The notes below the pieces were generated by a model. It had not been told where the DNA came from. It saw nothing but the letters and a program-made list of their open reading frames with translations, and searched no databases. Below, one piece after another: positions 7,939 through 15,063 of a stretch of DNA of 15,063 bases. How positions within the stretch are numbered: the first letter of the stretch is position 1; each line of letters begins with the position of its first letter. The stretch lies in contig DAIENX010000110.1 of the NCBI GenBank assembly GCA_027340875.1, positions 1 to 15,063 on the forward strand, given 5' to 3'. Origin of the DNA: Elusimicrobiota bacterium (lineage in GTDB: Bacteria > Elusimicrobiota > Elusimicrobia > Elusimicrobiales > UBA9959). Position numbers and translations under genes: made by a program.

Positions 7939-8847
7939 ATGAACAAGAAAATCTGCCTTTCAGCGGCTTTAACGCTGGTCAGCGCAGCGGCCTTCGCCGC
8001 CGGTCCCGGCACCACCGGGGCCAGCTTCCTCAAGGCGGGAGTGGGGGCCAGGGAACTGGCCCTCGGCTCCGCGGCCAGCGTGCTGGCGGAGGGGGCGAAC
8101 TCGGTGAACTGGAACCCGGCCGGCCTGGCCGGGCTCAAGACCAAGAGCCTGAGCGCCAGCTACAACATGCTGTTCCTGGACGAGTCGCAGGGCTTCCTGG
8201 GCTACGCCTCGCCGCTCTCGGGCGGTACCGGCGTGGTGGCGGGCGGGGTTAACTACCTCACCGTGACCAACATAGAGAAGCGCGCCACCGACACGGAAGC
8301 CGCGGACTCCAAGTTCGACAACACCAACGCGGCCTACACGGTCTCCTACGCGAGGCCCGAGGTGGCCTCCGGCCTGGACCTGGGCGCCTCGCTCAAGTAC
8401 ATCAGCACGAAGCTGGATTCCAACAGCGACCAGGCCGTGGCCGTGGACCTCGGCTCCGTCTACCGCCTGAACGAGGCCTGGAAGGCCGCGTTCGTGGTGC
8501 AGAACCTGGGCGGCAGCATAGGCCCCGACAAGCTGCCGTTGACGGTCAAGACCGGTGCTTCCACCAGCTTCCTGCAGGGGAAGCTCGCGGCCGCGGCCGA
8601 CGTGGACTGGCTGGCCAACGACGAGAGGTTCTACCTGGACCTGGGCGCCGAGTACCTGCTCTCGAAGAACCTGGCCTTCAGGGCCGGCTACCAGTTCGGT
8701 CATTCGCAGGACAAGCTGGGCAGCGGGCTGGTCGGCTTAGGGGCGGGCATAGGCCTGAAATTCGACCGCTTCGCGCTGGATTATGCCTACGTGCCTTTCG
8801 GCGATCTCGGGGACACCCACAGGATGACCCTCGGGTTCGTGTTCTGA
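7939..8847 (+). CDS. PorV/PorQ-like (UPF0164) outer-membrane beta-barrel protein
   Basis: SD GAGGAG and signal peptide ending AAFA. N-terminal motif GTTGASFLKAGVGARELALGSA...GANSVNWNPAGL, typical of PorV/FadL-like barrels. Amphipathic strands and C-terminal DYAYVPFGDLGDTHRMTLGFVF ending in Phe. Confidence 0.85.
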   Translation: MNKKICLSAALTLVSAAAFAAGPGTTGASFLKAGVGARELALGSAASVLAEGANSVNWNPAGLAGLKTKSLSASYNMLFLDESQGFLGYASPLSGGTGVVAGGVNYLTVTNIEKRATDTEAADSKFDNTNAAYTVSYARPEVASGLDLGASLKYISTKLDSNSDQAVAVDLGSVYRLNEAWKAAFVVQNLGGSIGPDKLPLTVKTGASTSFLQGKLAAAADVDWLANDERFYLDLGAEYLLSKNLAFRAGYQFGHSQDKLGSGLVGLGAGIGLKFDRFALDYAYVPFGDLGDTHRMTLGFVF

Positions 8848-8883
8848 ACGGGCTGATACGCTATTTCCGGAGGGTTTGATATC

Positions 8884-10137
8884 TTGAACAAGATAATACT
8901 TTCGTTGCTGTTCCTGGCGCCGGCTTTCGCCGGCGCTCGGCTTGATGCGGCCGAAGCCGCCCAGGCCTCCGCTTACAAGCTGATGGGCCGGCTGGACGTG
9001 TCCGGCGGTCAGTACTTCTACCAGGGTCAGAAAGGCGCTTTCAACGGCTACGGCCTGCTGGACGCGCAGCTGGCCAGGAGCAACTCCGCCAGTTCCGGTT
9101 ACTTCTTCAGTCTCAGGTCCGTCTACACCGGCTTCAAGCAGGTCAACGAGCTGGCCGGCGGCGGCACTCTCTTCCAGCAAAGCATGGACAACTCTCTCGG
9201 CGTCAAGTGGATAAGGCGCTATGAGGGCGGCTGGTCCCTCAAGCCCAGGGTGGGCGTGAAGAGCGAGCTTTTCCGCGAGACCAAGGACGAGAAGTGGGGT
9301 AAGGGCCTTTACGACTTCACCCGCTACGAGGGCGGTCTTACGCTGGAGCGCAAGACCCGCCTGGGCCTCTCCGTGCCGTGGACCTACCAGATCTCCTGGG
9401 ACGCCTACTACACCCGCTACGCCAGGTTCAAGACCCTGGCCAGCCAGTACGGCCAGGAGCTGGCGGCTCCCAACCCCGGCAGCCGCACGCTGGACACCGT
9501 CACGAACCAGCTCTCCTACGACAGCGAGTTCGACCTGCCCGGCTTCCTGCGTCTGGACCTCTTCGCCGCGCTGTCGGTGATAGGCTATCCTGACCAGAAA
9601 GTGATAAATTCCGACGGTCGCTATCTCCCGTCCCGGCGCTCCGACACCTATCAGGCCCTGAACCTGGGCCTCAGCAAGCGCTTTAACGACATGGCGCTCC
9701 TGGGCGGCGTGAGGCCGGTGCTGGGGATGACGCTGGGCCTGGCCAACCTCATCTCCAACCAGAACCACCTGGACACCGACCCTGCGCACCTGAAGTACAT
9801 ACACTCGTTCTACGATTACTCCGAGGTCCGCATGGGGCCTAACGCCTACTTCACCTTCGTAGGCTCCGGCATGACGGCCAGCCTGGGCTACGAGTTCGCG
9901 GTGCGCTCCTACGGTGACCGCCTGGCGCAGAAGGCCGACGGCGTCTACACCTCGAAGAAGCTCAAGCAGTACTCCGGCGGCTTCACCGCCGAGGCCGCCT
10001 ACCCGCTTTCCGACCATCTGGACGTAAAGCTGCGGGGCAATTGGGCCCTGTCCCGCTCCAACAACCGCTACGAGCAGGTCTACCGCTACAACTACAGCAG
10101 CTCCATGTACTTCACGGGCCTGGAATGGAGGTTCTGA
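8884..10137 (+). CDS. Hypothetical outer-membrane beta-barrel protein (barrel A), paralog of 13396..14619
   Basis: TTG start after GGAGGG (8869-8874), signal peptide MNKIILSLLFLAPAFAGA, Tyr/Gly-rich alternating strands, and a BAM-type C-terminal signature YFTGLEWRF. Confidence 0.8.
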   Translation: MNKIILSLLFLAPAFAGARLDAAEAAQASAYKLMGRLDVSGGQYFYQGQKGAFNGYGLLDAQLARSNSASSGYFFSLRSVYTGFKQVNELAGGGTLFQQSMDNSLGVKWIRRYEGGWSLKPRVGVKSELFRETKDEKWGKGLYDFTRYEGGLTLERKTRLGLSVPWTYQISWDAYYTRYARFKTLASQYGQELAAPNPGSRTLDTVTNQLSYDSEFDLPGFLRLDLFAALSVIGYPDQKVINSDGRYLPSRRSDTYQALNLGLSKRFNDMALLGGVRPVLGMTLGLANLISNQNHLDTDPAHLKYIHSFYDYSEVRMGPNAYFTFVGSGMTASLGYEFAVRSYGDRLAQKADGVYTSKKLKQYSGGFTAEAAYPLSDHLDVKLRGNWALSRSNNRYEQVYRYNYSSSMYFTGLEWRF

Positions 10138-10138
10138 T

Positions 10139-11776
10139 ATGCGCTATCACCTGACTTTACTGGCACTTCTGGCCGCGGTACCCTGCCACGCTTCCACGCG
10201 CGGCATAGTGATGAAGCCCGACGGGCAGGTGGAAGTGCGCTCCGGTCCCTCGGCCGCCTGGGCCCCTGTATCCGAACCCGTCCGCATGGAGCAGGGCGGC
10301 GAGATACGCACCGGCCGCGATTCCAAGGCCGCCGTGATGTTCTCGGACGGCTCCCGGTTCATGCTGGGCAACAACAGCCAGTTCGCCGTGGAGGATACCT
10401 CCCGGAAGCGCGCCGGCTTCAAGCTGATGTTCGGCAAATTGCGCGCGGCCGTGCGCGGCTATTTCGCCAGCCGCTTCGAGGTGAGGACCCCGTCGGCCGT
10501 CTGCGCTGTGCGCGGCACCGAGTTCGACGTGGAGGTGGCCCGCGACGGCAATACCGAGATGAACGTGGAGGAAGGGCTCGTCGAGGTCAACGATTCCAAG
10601 GGCAAGATGGCCGTGGTCTCCTCCGAGGAAAGGATCAAGGTGGGCATGGACGGCATGTCCAAGCCGGAGACCGTCTCGCTCAAGGACGAGAGGGCCGGGG
10701 ACGCCGCCAGGCCTATGGCCGTGATGCGCGACACAGCCCGCGAGCGCACCAGGACCATGCTGGAAGAGCTCCGCAACCGCGAGCTGAAGGCCAACGAGGC
10801 CATGCTGGGCAAGGATTCCATAGACGCCTTCGGCCGCCGGGTGCGGCTGGAGGAATACCTGCTGAGGCCTTCGGACAAGGAGTTCAAACTGCTGTTCCTC
10901 AGCAAGCGTCCGGACCAGGACCGCCTGGACTGGGGCCACCTGATAGAACAGTTCAACGCCAAGATACCGGACGACGTCAGCAAGGTGGGGGACATAATCT
11001 CCGGAATGTACTTCTCTCCCACCGCTCCGGCCAACTGGATGAAGTACTTCGAGGTCTACCTGACCAATACCGTTGACAGCATCAAGGAGACCATAGACTT
11101 CACCGCACCGGTGGCGATAAACTTCTCCGGTTATAACGGCGGCGTCGCGATGACCCGTTATTATCCCGGCTCCATAGACTACAAGCAGATACTGTCCGGT
11201 CCCGGGGTGGCGCTGGCGGCCGGCGCCGGCTCCGGCGGACTTAACGCCGACGAGCGCATGCAGTTCCAGCTGAAGCAGGACTACAATACCACCACCGCCG
11301 GCCAGTTCACCTGGGACCAGAAGGTGGTCAATAACCTGGGCGCCCTGACCACGCTGGAGAAGATAACCCTGGACCCCGCCAACGTGGCCGATGTGACCGT
11401 GTACGGCTATACGGCGGCGCTCGTGGACAAGGGCGGCCTCTACGGCGGCCCTGTCGACGCCACCGTCAACCCCAGCGACCCGGTGGTGACCTATCCCAGC
11501 GGACCCGGCAAGGCTGACTACAGCGTGGGGACCACCTACGCGGACAATTCCACCCTGGTGTCGCGGAAGCTGCTGGTCTCCAACGAGGGGGACGTGCTGG
11601 GGATCCCCGGCAGCCCCAACTCAGGCACCTTCCTGAAGGAGGGGAACTTCAACCTGGAGTTGGTCATAGGCTCCTCCTTGTTCCAGGGACGCGACATAGA
11701 TGTGCTGTTCGCCCCGGAAATACTGTCCCAGAAGAAGGAGGCCACCACCACGGCCGACCAGTTCAGCCTGAACTAG
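10139..11776 (+). CDS. Secreted FecR-domain protein A, with a helical linker and an unknown C-terminal domain
   Basis: Starts 1 nt after the barrel A stop, with GGAGG inside the previous gene. Signal MRYHLTLLALLAAVPCHA. FecR-domain motifs GEIRTGRDSKAAVMFSDGSRFMLGNNS and FEVRTPSAVCAVRGTEFDV...VEEGLVEV. Confidence 0.85.
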   Translation: MRYHLTLLALLAAVPCHASTRGIVMKPDGQVEVRSGPSAAWAPVSEPVRMEQGGEIRTGRDSKAAVMFSDGSRFMLGNNSQFAVEDTSRKRAGFKLMFGKLRAAVRGYFASRFEVRTPSAVCAVRGTEFDVEVARDGNTEMNVEEGLVEVNDSKGKMAVVSSEERIKVGMDGMSKPETVSLKDERAGDAARPMAVMRDTARERTRTMLEELRNRELKANEAMLGKDSIDAFGRRVRLEEYLLRPSDKEFKLLFLSKRPDQDRLDWGHLIEQFNAKIPDDVSKVGDIISGMYFSPTAPANWMKYFEVYLTNTVDSIKETIDFTAPVAINFSGYNGGVAMTRYYPGSIDYKQILSGPGVALAAGAGSGGLNADERMQFQLKQDYNTTTAGQFTWDQKVVNNLGALTTLEKITLDPANVADVTVYGYTAALVDKGGLYGGPVDATVNPSDPVVTYPSGPGKADYSVGTTYADNSTLVSRKLLVSNEGDVLGIPGSPNSGTFLKEGNFNLELVIGSSLFQGRDIDVLFAPEILSQKKEATTTADQFSLN

Positions 11777-11815
11777 CGGTATCGGTTACTTAGGTCACAA
11801 TTGACGTTTGTTGCG

Positions 11816-11844
11816 TTGACATCGCATCCTCATGATATTATAAT
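11816..11844 (+). promoter_or_regulatory. Perfect-consensus sigma70 promoter TTGACA-N17-TATAAT upstream of FecR-domain protein B
   Basis: TTGACA 11816-11821, exactly 17 nt of spacer, TATAAT 11839-11844. AAGGAG SD precedes ATG 11913. Confidence 0.8.
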
Positions 11845-11857
11845 GAGGATGCGATGT
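11819..11857. repeat. 39-bp near-perfect palindrome (15-bp perfect outer arms); possible operator, cruciform, or intrinsic terminator of the upstream transcript
   Basis: ACATCGCATCCTCAT (11819-11833) is the exact reverse complement of ATGAGGATGCGATGT (11843-11857). Across the whole element 18 of 19 symmetric pairs match. A T5 run follows at 11857-11861. Confidence 0.85.
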
Positions 11858-11912
11858 TTTTCGGGGGGGTGCGGCTTTTTAAGCTGGAAACAAGGGATTT
11901 CAAGGAGTATTT

Positions 11913-13361
11913 ATGAAACTGATACTTGCTTCGGCGGTCCTTCTTTTTGCCTGCCGGGCCGACGCGGCTTATATCGATTCCCTGCGCGGCAAAGCGGAGC
12001 TGAAAAAAAGCGGCTCCGCCGTGTGGCAGGAGCTCTCCGGGGACGAGAAGGTATACCTCAAGTCAGGAGACGAGCTCCGCACGGCCCGCGCTTCCACCGT
12101 AGTGCTGTTCATGGACGACGGCTCCAAGGTGAAGCTGGCCCCTCTTTCGGCCTTCAAGATGTCGGCCGAGGACGGCGATAAGGTCTCGCTGGGCCTGTTC
12201 TTCGGCCGGGTCCGGTCCTGGGTCAAGAAGTTCTCCAAGAAGTTCGAGGTGCGCACCCCGTCGGCCGTCTGCGCTGTGCGCGGCACAGACTTCATGGTCT
12301 CGGCCGATGCGGACGGGAACAGCCGCGTGGAGGTCTACGAGGGCAGCGTGCTCACCGGCGACGGCAAGGGCAACTCCGCGCTGGTGCGCGAGGGGCAGGC
12401 CTCGGACATCCCTAACGGCGGCAGAATGGGGGAGCCGAAGACCAACCCCAACGAACCCAGCGACATGAACTCCGCCATCGGCGACCCGCGCCAGATAGCG
12501 CGCGCCGAGATCTACGGCGAGATCTCCAAGGAGGACGTGATAGCCCGGGCGCAGGAAGAGATGCAGTCGGCCGAGTACCAGATGCGCAAGACCGCCATCG
12601 ACGCCTTCGGCAACCGGGTGCGCATGGAGGAGTACACGATCAGGCCGGCCGACAACCAGTTCAAGTACGTGGTCCTCAACACCCGCGGGGACCGCTTCGA
12701 CTTCGGCAAGATCCTGTTCACGTTCAACGCGGCGCTCCCGGACAACCTGGCCGACGCCACCGCCAATATGATCTCGGCCCCCGGCAACTCGGCGCCGCAG
12801 TGGTACCTGACCGATATGAACAGCGTGATGAGCAACACCACCGACAAGGTCACCGAGGACGCCACCGGCGGCAGCATGGTGCACAACGGCAGCCTCACCA
12901 GCCCGGCCTACCAGCTGGTCTTCAATGATTATTCCTTCTATGCGGCAGGCCCGAACGAGGCCGGCGACAACGGCGGCCTGGGAAAATGGATCTGGACCAA
13001 GACCGGCTACAACGTGGCAACCGGCGTGACCTCCTCGCTCGCCTACCTCGGCCAGCCGACCGCGCCGGTCCTGGAAGCTTCCAGCCCCTCCGGCTCCGAC
13101 GTCTTCCATACCGTCACGAAGAACACCTTCGCCGACGGCACCTGGATCTCGGCCGAGGACTTCGTGCTGTTCGACGACGGGAACATCCTTTCTTCCGGCG
13201 ACTTCAACAGCGGCCTGGGACAAGGGAGCACTGTGAACGAGGTCACGGACAAGCTCAACTTCGAGCGCGTCTACACCAGCTCGCTCTTCGGCGGCCGCGA
13301 CATCAACGTGATGTACTCGGCCAAGCTGCTCAAGGACGCCGGCCTGCTCCGGTTCCAGTAG
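11913..13361 (+). CDS. Secreted FecR-domain protein B, paralog of 10139..11776
   Basis: SD AAGGAG and signal MKLILASAVLLFACRADA. FecR motifs GDELRTARASTVVLFMDDGSKVKL and FEVRTPSAVCAVRGTDFMV...VYEGSV. Shares DAFG[RN]RVR[LM]EEY and SSLFxGRDI with protein A. Confidence 0.85.
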   Translation: MKLILASAVLLFACRADAAYIDSLRGKAELKKSGSAVWQELSGDEKVYLKSGDELRTARASTVVLFMDDGSKVKLAPLSAFKMSAEDGDKVSLGLFFGRVRSWVKKFSKKFEVRTPSAVCAVRGTDFMVSADADGNSRVEVYEGSVLTGDGKGNSALVREGQASDIPNGGRMGEPKTNPNEPSDMNSAIGDPRQIARAEIYGEISKEDVIARAQEEMQSAEYQMRKTAIDAFGNRVRMEEYTIRPADNQFKYVVLNTRGDRFDFGKILFTFNAALPDNLADATANMISAPGNSAPQWYLTDMNSVMSNTTDKVTEDATGGSMVHNGSLTSPAYQLVFNDYSFYAAGPNEAGDNGGLGKWIWTKTGYNVATGVTSSLAYLGQPTAPVLEASSPSGSDVFHTVTKNTFADGTWISAEDFVLFDDGNILSSGDFNSGLGQGSTVNEVTDKLNFERVYTSSLFGGRDINVMYSAKLLKDAGLLRFQ

Positions 13362-13395
13362 AGCGCCGGACCTTAATAGAGGTAAACCATCTATC

Positions 13396-14619
13396 ATGAC
13401 GAAAACTAGGAACACCCTTCTGGCCCTTCCGCTGGCGGCGCTCTGCCTCTCGCCGCTCCGCGCCGAGATGAAGATCACCCCGGTCGCCGACGTCAGCCTT
13501 TTCGGCGGCAAATACTATCTGGATTCCGACGCCGCCTCGTTCCAGGGCCGCCTGGACGCCTACGTTTCCCCTGCCCTCAGTCTGACGGAGAACCAGGACC
13601 TGATACCTGTCTACTCCGGCAACTATTCCGGAACGCAGGACATACAGGAGCTGGCCGGAGGCGGTGTGCTCACCCGCAAGCGGCAGACGCATACGTTCTC
13701 CGTCAAGTACGTGTATACCGACGAGTTCAATAAATACAAACCGCGCGTCTCCTACTCGCTGGCCAGGATAAAGGAGACCAAGGACGAGAAGTGGGGGGAC
13801 GGCCTGTTCGACTATAATACCCTGTCCGCGGGCTTCGAGGCCGAGCAGGAGCGGCCTTACGGTACCTTCACCGAGTCCTACGATTTCTATAAGGTCACCT
13901 ATCCTAATTACAGCACGCTGCTCTCCAACTCCCAGTCGGTCTTTAACGATACCACCACCTTCAACCAGCTGTCGACCAACGCCGGTACCAACCCTCTGGA
14001 CAATACCAGTCACCGGCTGGGCCTTTCCTACGCGTGGTTCCCGGGCCCGCTCAACCTTAAAGCCTCGTACGACTTCACCTACCGCAATTACGGCGACCAG
14101 GCCGTCACGGCCAAGCCGTCCACCGGGCAGTCGCCGTTCAAGAGCGATAAGCGCAAGGACATGATGCAGAACGCGGGCCTGACCGCCAGCCGCGCGCTGA
14201 AGCCGCTGTTCCTCTCGGCCGGCGCCAGGCTCGGCTACCTCGGCTCCAATCAGGGCACCTATGACTCCGCCAGGAGCAAGTACATGAAGGACTATTACGG
14301 CTACATGGACGTGGAGCTGAGCCCCTCCATGACGCTGGCCCTGAAGAACGGCTCGCAGTTCAGCTTCGGGGTGGACTGGCGCCGCGTGATGTATACCGGC
14401 CGCCTTAAGCAGGATACGAGCGGCAACTACGGCTCGGACAAGATACACCAGACCTTCTGGCTCACCTCCCTCTCGGCCCGCTATCCCGTGGCGGCCGGGT
14501 TCTACGCCAGGGCGGCGTACAATTACCAGGTCTCCTCCTCCAACATGAAGTACGAGGAGAATTACAGGTACAACTACAGGGCCAGCACCTACCTGATGGG
14601 CCTTGAGTGGGAGTTCTGA
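13396..14619 (+). CDS. Hypothetical outer-membrane beta-barrel protein (barrel B), paralog of 8884..10137
   Basis: Signal MTKTRNTLLALPLAALCLSPLRA, Tyr-rich amphipathic strands, C-terminal YLMGLEWEF. Shares ELAGGG, KPRV, ETKDEKWGxGLxD and YExxYRYNY with barrel A. Confidence 0.8.
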   Translation: MTKTRNTLLALPLAALCLSPLRAEMKITPVADVSLFGGKYYLDSDAASFQGRLDAYVSPALSLTENQDLIPVYSGNYSGTQDIQELAGGGVLTRKRQTHTFSVKYVYTDEFNKYKPRVSYSLARIKETKDEKWGDGLFDYNTLSAGFEAEQERPYGTFTESYDFYKVTYPNYSTLLSNSQSVFNDTTTFNQLSTNAGTNPLDNTSHRLGLSYAWFPGPLNLKASYDFTYRNYGDQAVTAKPSTGQSPFKSDKRKDMMQNAGLTASRALKPLFLSAGARLGYLGSNQGTYDSARSKYMKDYYGYMDVELSPSMTLALKNGSQFSFGVDWRRVMYTGRLKQDTSGNYGSDKIHQTFWLTSLSARYPVAAGFYARAAYNYQVSSSNMKYEENYRYNYRASTYLMGLEWEF

Positions 14620-14682
14620 CGGGGGAACAGCAGCTCTTCGCGTGCTTAGCTAAGGTTCAGTCGGTTCAGCTGGAGACAAATT

Positions 14683-15063
14683 ATGCGCAAGATAAACCAC
14701 TTTCTCAAGAACGCGGCCCTCGGCCTGCTGGCGGCGGCGCTGTCCGCGGCCGCGGCCAACGCCGTGCCGTATCCTGGCGTCGTGGTCAGCACCCAGACGG
14801 CCGGAACGATTCCGGCGTACCTGACGGATACCGGCGTGCTCCAGAGCAACGACTGGTCCATGGAGACCGGGATGGCCAAGGATATCAACGGTTTCTTCTA
14901 CGTGGCCGGCTCCTTCAGCGACGGCGGCATGAGCAGGCCCTTCGCGCGCAAATTCTCCCCGGCGGGAACGGAGGTCTGGACCAGCACGGTGGCCAATACG
15001 GTCAATCCCGCAAGCTATTACGACTATGGCCGCGGGGTCGCGGTGAGCACGGACGGCAGCGCG
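14683..15063 (+). CDS. Secreted protein with SBBP-like beta-propeller repeats; partial, runs off the window
   Basis: Not in the ORF track; translated by hand. GGAGA SD, ATG 14683, open to the window end (127 codons). Signal MRKINHFLKNAALGLLAAALSAAAANA, then blade-like repeats GMAKDINGFFYVAGS...FARKFSPAGTEVWT and DYGRGVAVSTDGS. Confidence 0.75.
   Translation, partial: MRKINHFLKNAALGLLAAALSAAAANAVPYPGVVVSTQTAGTIPAYLTDTGVLQSNDWSMETGMAKDINGFFYVAGSFSDGGMSRPFARKFSPAGTEVWTSTVANTVNPASYYDYGRGVAVSTDGSA

Noticed and set aside
11834..11842. Idea that the palindrome centre is an invertible ON/OFF promoter switch
   Set aside because: Inverting the 9-nt centre only changes TATAAT to TATCAT at the same spacing. 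The segment is too short for recombinase-mediated inversion and no invertase is encoded in the window.
11913..11966. Lipobox in FecR B (LLFAC)
   Set aside because: Phe at -2 is atypical, a good SPase I site (ADA-A) follows, and paralog A has no lipobox. Left unresolved; SignalP 6 would help decide.
10139..13361. Classical FecIRA cell-surface signalling locus
   Set aside because: The FecR-domain proteins have cleavable-looking signal peptides and no cytoplasmic anti-sigma domain. There is no ECF sigma in the window, and the ~400-aa barrels are too small for plugged TonB-dependent receptors.
1..15063. CRISPR arrays, tRNA/rRNA genes, integrases or defence genes
   Set aside because: I saw no regularly spaced repeat-spacer units, no structural RNA signatures, and no recombinase or nuclease motifs. 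Intergenic gaps are short and largely accounted for.

Overview
High-GC bacterial chromosomal segment from a diderm. Elusimicrobiota-like affiliation is my inference from gene content and the frequent ATA/AGG codons in GC-rich genes; it is unverified. The left part is housekeeping: pal (its 3' end runs off the window edge), a long-chain polyprenyl diphosphate synthase, a ~243-bp MITE-like element with terminal inverted repeats between divergent genes, and a His-rich CDF (CzcD/ZitB-type) metal exporter. From 3014 to the window end is a co-oriented cluster of seven genes that all encode exported proteins: (1) a 1632-aa multi-beta-sandwich protein with a T9SS type-A/FlgD-Ig-like C-terminal domain; (2) a PorV/UPF0164-like barrel; (3-6) two paralogous unknown outer-membrane barrels flanking two paralogous signal-peptide FecR-domain proteins in mirror order (barrel A, FecR A, FecR B, barrel B); (7) a truncated secreted beta-propeller-repeat protein. 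At the midpoint of the mirror sits a perfect TTGACA-N17-TATAAT promoter overlapped by a 39-bp near-perfect palindrome. I could not assign this cluster to a described system. It is the best candidate here for an undescribed secretion or surface-assembly apparatus.
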